From the NCBI RefSeq assembly GCF_011745625.1, contig NW_027191483.1, positions 186,001 to 250,000 on the forward strand: a stretch of DNA of 64,000 nt, given 5' to 3'. Both the position numbers and the translations under genes were made by a program. The notes under the pieces were generated by a model. That model was not told the DNA's origin, did not search any database, and saw nothing but the letters and a program-made list of their open reading frames with translations. The DNA comes from Cladosporium halotolerans (taxonomy: Eukaryota). Below, piece by piece: positions 57,952 to 64,000 of this stretch (within the stretch, counting starts at the first letter, position 1; each line of letters opens with the position of its first letter).

Positions 57952-60454
57952 ATGAATTCGTCGCAGATCATGGCGGCTAGGGCCTGGGACTGTCTTGGAA
58001 ATGGAGCGCTGTTCTCAACGAGAATACGGGCCGCCTGCATGGCGGGAGGCCCACGTTGCGATGTATTAGGATCATTGCGGATAGCAGGCGCGGCGAGACA
58101 GGCTTCTTCGTTTACGCGATCCCTGGCTCCGAAGACAGAGCAGATATCACGACCCCGACTGGACATACAACGGACAGCAGCATGGCCGGCGCAACGCCGA
58201 GTCCTGCAAACATCACAGATCCAGCGCGAGGCGCAAGCTGCGAAGGGCGCTCCGGAGCAGCAAAGTAGCGACCAGGAGTCGAAGACGACGGACCCCACTG
58301 AACACGATGACGAGCTGGAAGATGAAGGATTTGGACGGACGGAGAAGGCAGCACAAGCTTCCAAGCTGAACCTCAGCGCACGCTTGTCGAGCGAGAATGA
58401 CAAATCGGGAGGCGGTAGGGGTGAGATCCTCAGGCTGCTGAAGATCGCCGCTCCGGAGTGGAGGACATTGGGGTGGGCGTTCTTGTTCCTGTTGATCAGC
58501 AGCGGTGTCACAATGAGCGTTCCATTCTCCATTGGAAGAATCTTGGACGTTGCCAGCAAGCCTCCTGAGGAAAACGCGACGCTTCTCGGCATGCCGATGC
58601 CGACCTTCTACGTGGTGTTCGCGGCTATTCTGGCCACTGGTGCTTGTGCGAACTACGGACGTATCATCATCTTGCGTGTTGTCGGCGAGCGAATTGTCAC
58701 CAAGCTCAGGAGTCAGCTTTTCAGGCGGACGTTCGTGCAAAACGCAGAGTTCTTCGATGCAAACCGCGTCGGTGATCTGATCAGCAGACTTGGAAGCGAC
58801 ACGATCATTGTTGGCAAGAGTATCACGCAGAATGTCAGCGATGGTCTTCGCTCACTCGTGTCTGCCATTGCTGGTTTCTCCATGATGGCCTTCATGTCTG
58901 TGAAGCTTACTGGTGTCCTCTGTGTCGCAGCGCCTCCGGTTGCAATTGGAGCATTCTTCTATGGCCGCGCCATCCGGAACCTGTCTCGTCGTATTCAGAA
59001 GAACCTCGGAAGTCTCACCAAGATCGCCGAAGAACGTCTGGGAAATGTTCGCACAAGTCAAGCATTTGTTGGTGAGCTTCAGGAAGTTCACCGCTACAAC
59101 CAGCAGACCCGCAAGATCTTCTTCCTTGGCCGCAAAGAAGCTATGATCAGTGCCGTCTTTTTCTCCGCTTCTGGTCTGGCAGGCAACATGACTTTCCTGG
59201 TGCTGCTTTACATCGGCAGTGGAATGGTTCACAGTGGAGCTCTCTCGGTTGGCGACCTTTCAAGTTTCCTTATGTACACTGCCTACGCTGGTAGCAGCTT
59301 GTTTGGTCTGAGCTCCTTCTACAGCGAGCTCATGAAGGGTGTCGGCGCTGCTACTCGCTTGTTCGAACTCCAAGATCGCAACGCCACCATCAGTCCGACA
59401 AAGGGAGACATGGTTAGAAGCGCACGCGGCAACATTGAGTTCAAGAACGTCAGCTTCTCATACCCGACTCGCCCAGCTGTTTCCATCTTCGAGGACCTGA
59501 CCTTCACCATCCCTCAAGGCAGCAACGTAGCCATCGTCGCGCCGTCCGGTGCCGGAAAGAGTACCGTTGCCAGCTTGCTGCTCCGGTTCTACAACCCCAA
59601 CTCCGGCACAATCACGATCAACGGCAAGGACATCTCGCAAATGAACGCCAAACAACTCCGCCGAAGAATCGGCTACGTCGGCCAAGAACCCGTCCTCTTC
59701 AGCGGCACCATCGCGCAAAACATCGCCTACGGCCGCCCGCAAGCCACCCGCCAGCAGATCCTCGCCGCAGCCCGTCAAGCCAACTGCCAATTCATCCAGG
59801 ACTTCGTGAGTTTCCTCTCTCCACAAAACAAATAACATCCAACTAACTCCCCTTTCCCAGCCCGACGGCCTCGACACCTCCGCCGGCGCCCGCGGCACCC
59901 AGCTCTCCGGCGGGCAAAAGCAGCGCATCGCCATCGCGCGCGCCCTGCTCAAAGACCCCGACATCCTGATTCTCGACGAGGCGACCTCGGCCCTCGACGC
60001 CGAGTCCGAGACGCTCGTCAACCAGGCGCTCGCGCGCCTGCTGCGCGGCAACAACACGACCATCTCCATCGCGCACCGCCTCAGCACCATCCAGCGCAGC
60101 GACATCATCGTCTGCATCGGGAGCGACGGCCGCGTGGCGCAGGTCGGGCCCTACGCGGAGCTCGCGGCGCAGAAGGACGGCGCCTTCGCGAAGCTCATGG
60201 AGTGGCAGATGACGGGGGCGAAGGAGCCGGAGAGGAGCGGCGAGCCGAGGGGCGAGGTCGGCGAGGAGGAGCATAAGGCTGAGGAGGAGTTGACGGAGGA
60301 GGACCGCATGAGGATGCGCATGGAGGAGCACGATCGCGCGAAGGCGGCCGAGGCGGCGGAGGCGGAGGAGGCGGGGCAGGGGGCGGTCGTTAGGGGGGAG
60401 AGGGAGACGGTGGCGGAGGCTGTGTTGGAGAAGAGTAGGGGGTCGGATCGTTGA
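57952..60454 (+). CDS. MDL1: Mitochondrial half-size ABC transporter (ABCB10/Mdl1-Mdl2 type)
   Basis: TM domain (GDLISRL, EERLGNVRT), Walker A VAPSGAGKST, intron 59806-59860, signature LSGGQKQR, Walker B ILDEATSALD, IAHRLST. Start uncertain (ATGs at 57952, 57970 and 58039). Confidence 0.9.
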
Positions 60455-60460
60455 TGGAGC

Positions 60461-60487
60461 TTTTTTGTTTTTTCTTTTTTTTTTTTT
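60461..60487 (+). repeat. Poly-T tract immediately after the ABC transporter stop (3' UTR)
   Basis: ttttttgttttttctttttttttttttc read directly. Confidence 0.8.
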
Positions 60488-60995
60488 CGGGGAAGGGGTT
60501 TGTTGGGGCTGACGCTGGTGATGGGAGAGAACAACGCGCGCGAGCACAGTGGCATTTTGATTTGATCTGGTTTCTCTCACGCTTTGGCTATCATGGTTGA
60601 ATCCTCCGACTCTGTATCATGCATTTACCCCTTTGCGCCGGATTTTTGTACTAGTAATACACTGCGTGTCCCGCCCGGCCTCGTGTGGTCGAGGGACGGG
60701 ATAAAATAGACAAGGCAGACCATCCTCTCTAGTAAGAAACGAAGAGAAAAAGGAGAAAAAATAGAAAGAATACCCTCCGTGTTTCCTTTCCCGAAGCGTC
60801 CCATCTCTGTCGCTTGCATCTTCGTCATCTTTTCTGTCCACGCCTTCCTTTCCCCAAAGAACTCAAAACCCATCGAAACGCCTTCAATCCAACCCGGGAG
60901 AAAACGAGATCCAAACCCCAGTGAACAACATCCCACCACTCACGCTTCCCTTCTTCTAAATTCTCGCACCCCACCCTCCGCTCTCAACAGCCTAT

Positions 60996-63732
60996 CTAAT
61001 AAAACCCCCTATCCCTATGACTCCTCACCCCCTGCCACCCACTCGCACTCGCGCCCGACGAAACAGTCGGCATCCGCCTCGTGCTCCCGCTCGGGGCGCC
61101 CAGGTCGATGCCTGCGATCTCCCTGCTCAGCGCCGCTTCCTCCCCGTACGCCGCCCCTTGCTTCTGGAAATCGTAGCGGCTCAGCTCCCCGCCCGAAATC
61201 CCGGGCGAGCCCTCGTAGAAGCCGCGCGAGAAGTCCTGCTGCGCGTAGGGGTCCGGGACGGCGGCGGGCGGCGTGGAGTTGAAGTTGGGGCGTTCGCGGA
61301 GCGGGGCGCCCGCGCTGCGCATGGGAGAGGGGGAGGGGGATTTCTTGAGGAGGCGGGAGCGGGCTGGAGACGAGGAGGAGGCGGGGGGTTCGGGGACGGG
61401 CGCTGGCGCGGGTTGCGGCGGAGCGACCTGCGAGCGGCGGCGGAAGTTGATCACGGTGTCGGCGGAGATGCGGTGGCCGCCTGGGGTCTGGCCCTGCGTG
61501 CGCGGGCCGAAGTCGCGATCGCGGCCGAGGCCGTAGGTTTTGGTTGGGGTTTTCTTCTCGGGTTCCGGAGCCCAGGAGTCGACGGGGAGGTGGTCGGAGG
61601 GGTCTATCTCCCGGCCGTCCCAGCCGACGATGGGGCCGCCGGGACCGTCGCGGGGCGGGACACCGCTGTGGTCGGGGCGGATGTGGTAGGGGGCGCTGGA
61701 GGAGCTGCTGTGGTGGCCGAGGGGCGAGCCGGTGCTGGGGTTATGGATGTCGTAGCTGTCGGGGCCGTAGGGAACGCCGCTGTTGTTGATGACGGTGTCG
61801 GTGGGCGAGGGTCTGGGCGAGACGGATCTGCGGGTTGGGGTTGGTCGGTGGGGAGGCGAGACGATGCTGCTATGGGGTGATGTGGTTGCGAGTGGGCTAG
61901 AGTCTGATGACTCGAAGGCTCGCACTGGGAACTGGATGCCGTATGTACTCTTTGATCGTCGATCAGAGTAGGCAGCTTGAGAAGCAGGCGGGGCGGGGGA
62001 GACTGCTCGCGGCCTCATTGATGACGATCCGCCGCGGTCGCCGTATTGGCCATCGAAGGGTGCTTGCTCTGCATGCTCAGAAAATGGTGGCATTGGGCTG
62101 CGGGCCCGAGGAACTTCCTGAGACAGCGGGTGCGGTCTTGCTGGAGGAGCTCCGTAGATATCAGCCATGCTGTGTCTGTTGGGCAACGCCCTGGAAACTG
62201 GTGATCGCATGGCTGGCGAGGACATGTTGCTGTGCATCATCATGCCGGGAGGGCTGTCGTAGCTTCGCATTTGCGGTGGCGAGGGTGTGAATTCGTCAAC
62301 CGATCGTCCACGGGCTGAATGTCCGTATGGAGGCGTGTGCTGTGGTGAAGAATATCCCCTCTCAATGCTCTGCAGGGGAGAGTGATTCGAAATGTACTGC
62401 TGCCGTGCAGATGGTGGAGTTGACATGAACCTTGAACCAGATTGTGATGGTGACTGCGGAACCACAGGTGCACTGTGGCTATGCATTGGTGGAGGCGGCG
62501 GTCCTTGATCGTCCTCTTCCTCTTCATGAAATGAGCCATCGCGGGGATCGTCGTACGGGTTCTCCCACCCGGGAGGCACGTCGTTCCTGCGCTGCCTCAT
62601 GCGTTGATGCTGGAAATTGAGGTCAGGTAGAGGCTCAGGGCCGTCCATGTGTATGTTGTAGTCTCCGAAATTAGAATCGACCGTAGGCACGATGGGTGCC
62701 GAGCTAGCATGAGGCAGCATTCCCTGGCTCTGACCTCTTTGGTGCATTCCTGGTGAAGGGCCCTGGGGACCACCCTGCCTCCGAGGCGTGGGAGGCAGTT
62801 GTGGAAGGAAGTCCGGTTGCGCGTATTGCATGTCATCTTGCTGCTCGTCGAACTGGCCGTAAGCGTCTGGTTGGTGCCCATTCGGCGGAGGAGTGTGGAA
62901 CTGTGGTGCAGGGGCAGGCGAACCGCCAAACCCAGGCTGCTGAGCCAACATCTCAGGCGGCAGCGAGTTCGCTCTGGGAGGTGTAGTGATATCCCTGGGC
63001 CCATGCTTCAGTCTCGCGGCAGGCATTGGAAAAGCCTCGATCGACTCCGCTGTAGCAACACTCGGAGCCGACTGGTGTCCAACCCCAGGCCCAGCTCCTC
63101 CAAGTCCAGGCAGCGGCCTCCTCTTCACCTTCTGTCTGAGCGCCACAGATCCATCCTCCGTGGCAGCATTGCTCTCCCGCCTCTGACGCTCGGGCTTGGG
63201 CCTCGAATCGTAGTATGTGAACTCCAGCCTGATCTCTCCCGCGTATTTACCCTTGCACGTCAAGCCTTGCCAGATGTCCTGCTTGCCGCCTCCGGGCACG
63301 ATGACATTGCTGAGGTCAAGGAAAGTCTCTCCGATCAGATCCGTCTTCTTGTCCTCGCTGAAGACAGAGATCTTGAGGTTGTAGTAGTCCGGCGAGTCGT
63401 GGACGTTGAAGCGGATCTCCGTGTCCCTGTTAGGCAGCAAGCACAAGGTCAGCAAGGATCCCTCTCGAGCCAATGGCTGAGCAATTTCCCCAAACATTGA
63501 GAACATACCACTTCGGCGTCTGCCCACCCCTCTTGTCAACCGGCGTCTTCTTCGCCTCCTTGCCCAAGCGCGCGGCGCAGTACGGGTTCTGCTTGCCCAT
63601 CGTCTTCCTGTTGGGCAGGTTCTTGGCCCGGTCGCAGACCATGACCAGGGTGCCGATCTCCGGCCCGTCGACACTCATGTCGGCGTAGATGCCCGCGGCG
63701 TACGGGACCTGCTGCTGTTTGGTGGTGGCCAT
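60996..63732 (-). CDS. C2-domain cytokinesis/ingression protein (Fic1/Inn1-like)
   Basis: N-terminal C2 domain GTLVMVCDRAKNLPNRKTMGKQNPYC..DKRGGQTPKW, intron 63427-63508, DTEIRF..GKYAGEIRLEFTYY. Long PxxP-rich tail with conserved DPSDHLPVDSWAPEPE. Confidence 0.85.
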
Positions 63733-64000
63733 CGGAGCGCAGGGCGGGCGGCCAGCGGGCTGCCTAAGTGCACACACTGCAGCTGCACGCTCTCCGCTAG
63801 AGGGAGGGCGGGAGGGAGGGGTGAGACAGCAACGGCGTGTTGTGGAGAGGGCTGTTGTCTCGAAGGCGTTGGAGGTGTGCGAGCCGCCGGTTGGGTTCCA
63901 GGTGCCAGGCGGCAGGCGTTGGCGGTGGGAGTACACGGTTACCTGCTGGAGTCCAGCTGGGCTAAGGTACTGCTTGCGGCGCGATGGGCGGTGTTTTGAT

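Noticed and set aside
63427..63674. 892-aa ORF-track version of the C2 protein with an Arg-rich N-terminus
   Set aside because: Frame artefact. The true exon 1 is in another frame and is joined by intron 63427-63508.
1..64000. Transposons, RIP-degraded repeats, secondary-metabolite cluster, CRISPR-like arrays
   Set aside because: No transposase/RT motifs, terminal repeats, AT-rich RIP blocks, PKS/NRPS genes or regularly spaced repeats were seen.

Overview
Gene-dense, GC-rich eukaryotic DNA from a filamentous ascomycete. Short GT-AG introns have CTRAC branch points, and the overall style suggests a Dothideomycete (inference). I can support about 25 protein-coding genes, mostly conserved housekeeping genes: GH31 alpha-glucosidase, MRM1/PET56, a Mit1/CHD-type SNF2 remodeller, GH76, DUF4536, a HAPSTR1-like protein, an extended calponin/Scp1, OPY2, an XRCC2-like Rad51 paralog (largely missed by the ORF track), SOM1, TAF8, AP-3 mu, GH17, an RBR E3 ligase, a PTH11-like receptor, CCDC47, vacuolar proteinase B, BEACH protein, inositol 5-phosphatase, a bacterial-type cupin, a secreted beta/gamma-crystallin-like protein, RTT103, clathrin light chain, MDL1-type ABC transporter and Fic1/Inn1-like C2 protein. 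I found no transposon, rRNA, tRNA or CRISPR feature, and no clear multi-gene novel system. Best leads: (1) an apparently alternatively spliced histone-H1-like/AT-hook cassette in the Mit1-like remodeller; (2) an intronless cupin that looks bacterial (HGT candidate); (3) a secreted crystallin-fold, kexin-site precursor beside it; (4) a ~4 kb ORF-less region with signs of an unannotated transcript; (5) a recurrent C-rich to G-rich skew flip near gene 3' ends. All family assignments come from motif recognition, not database searches.
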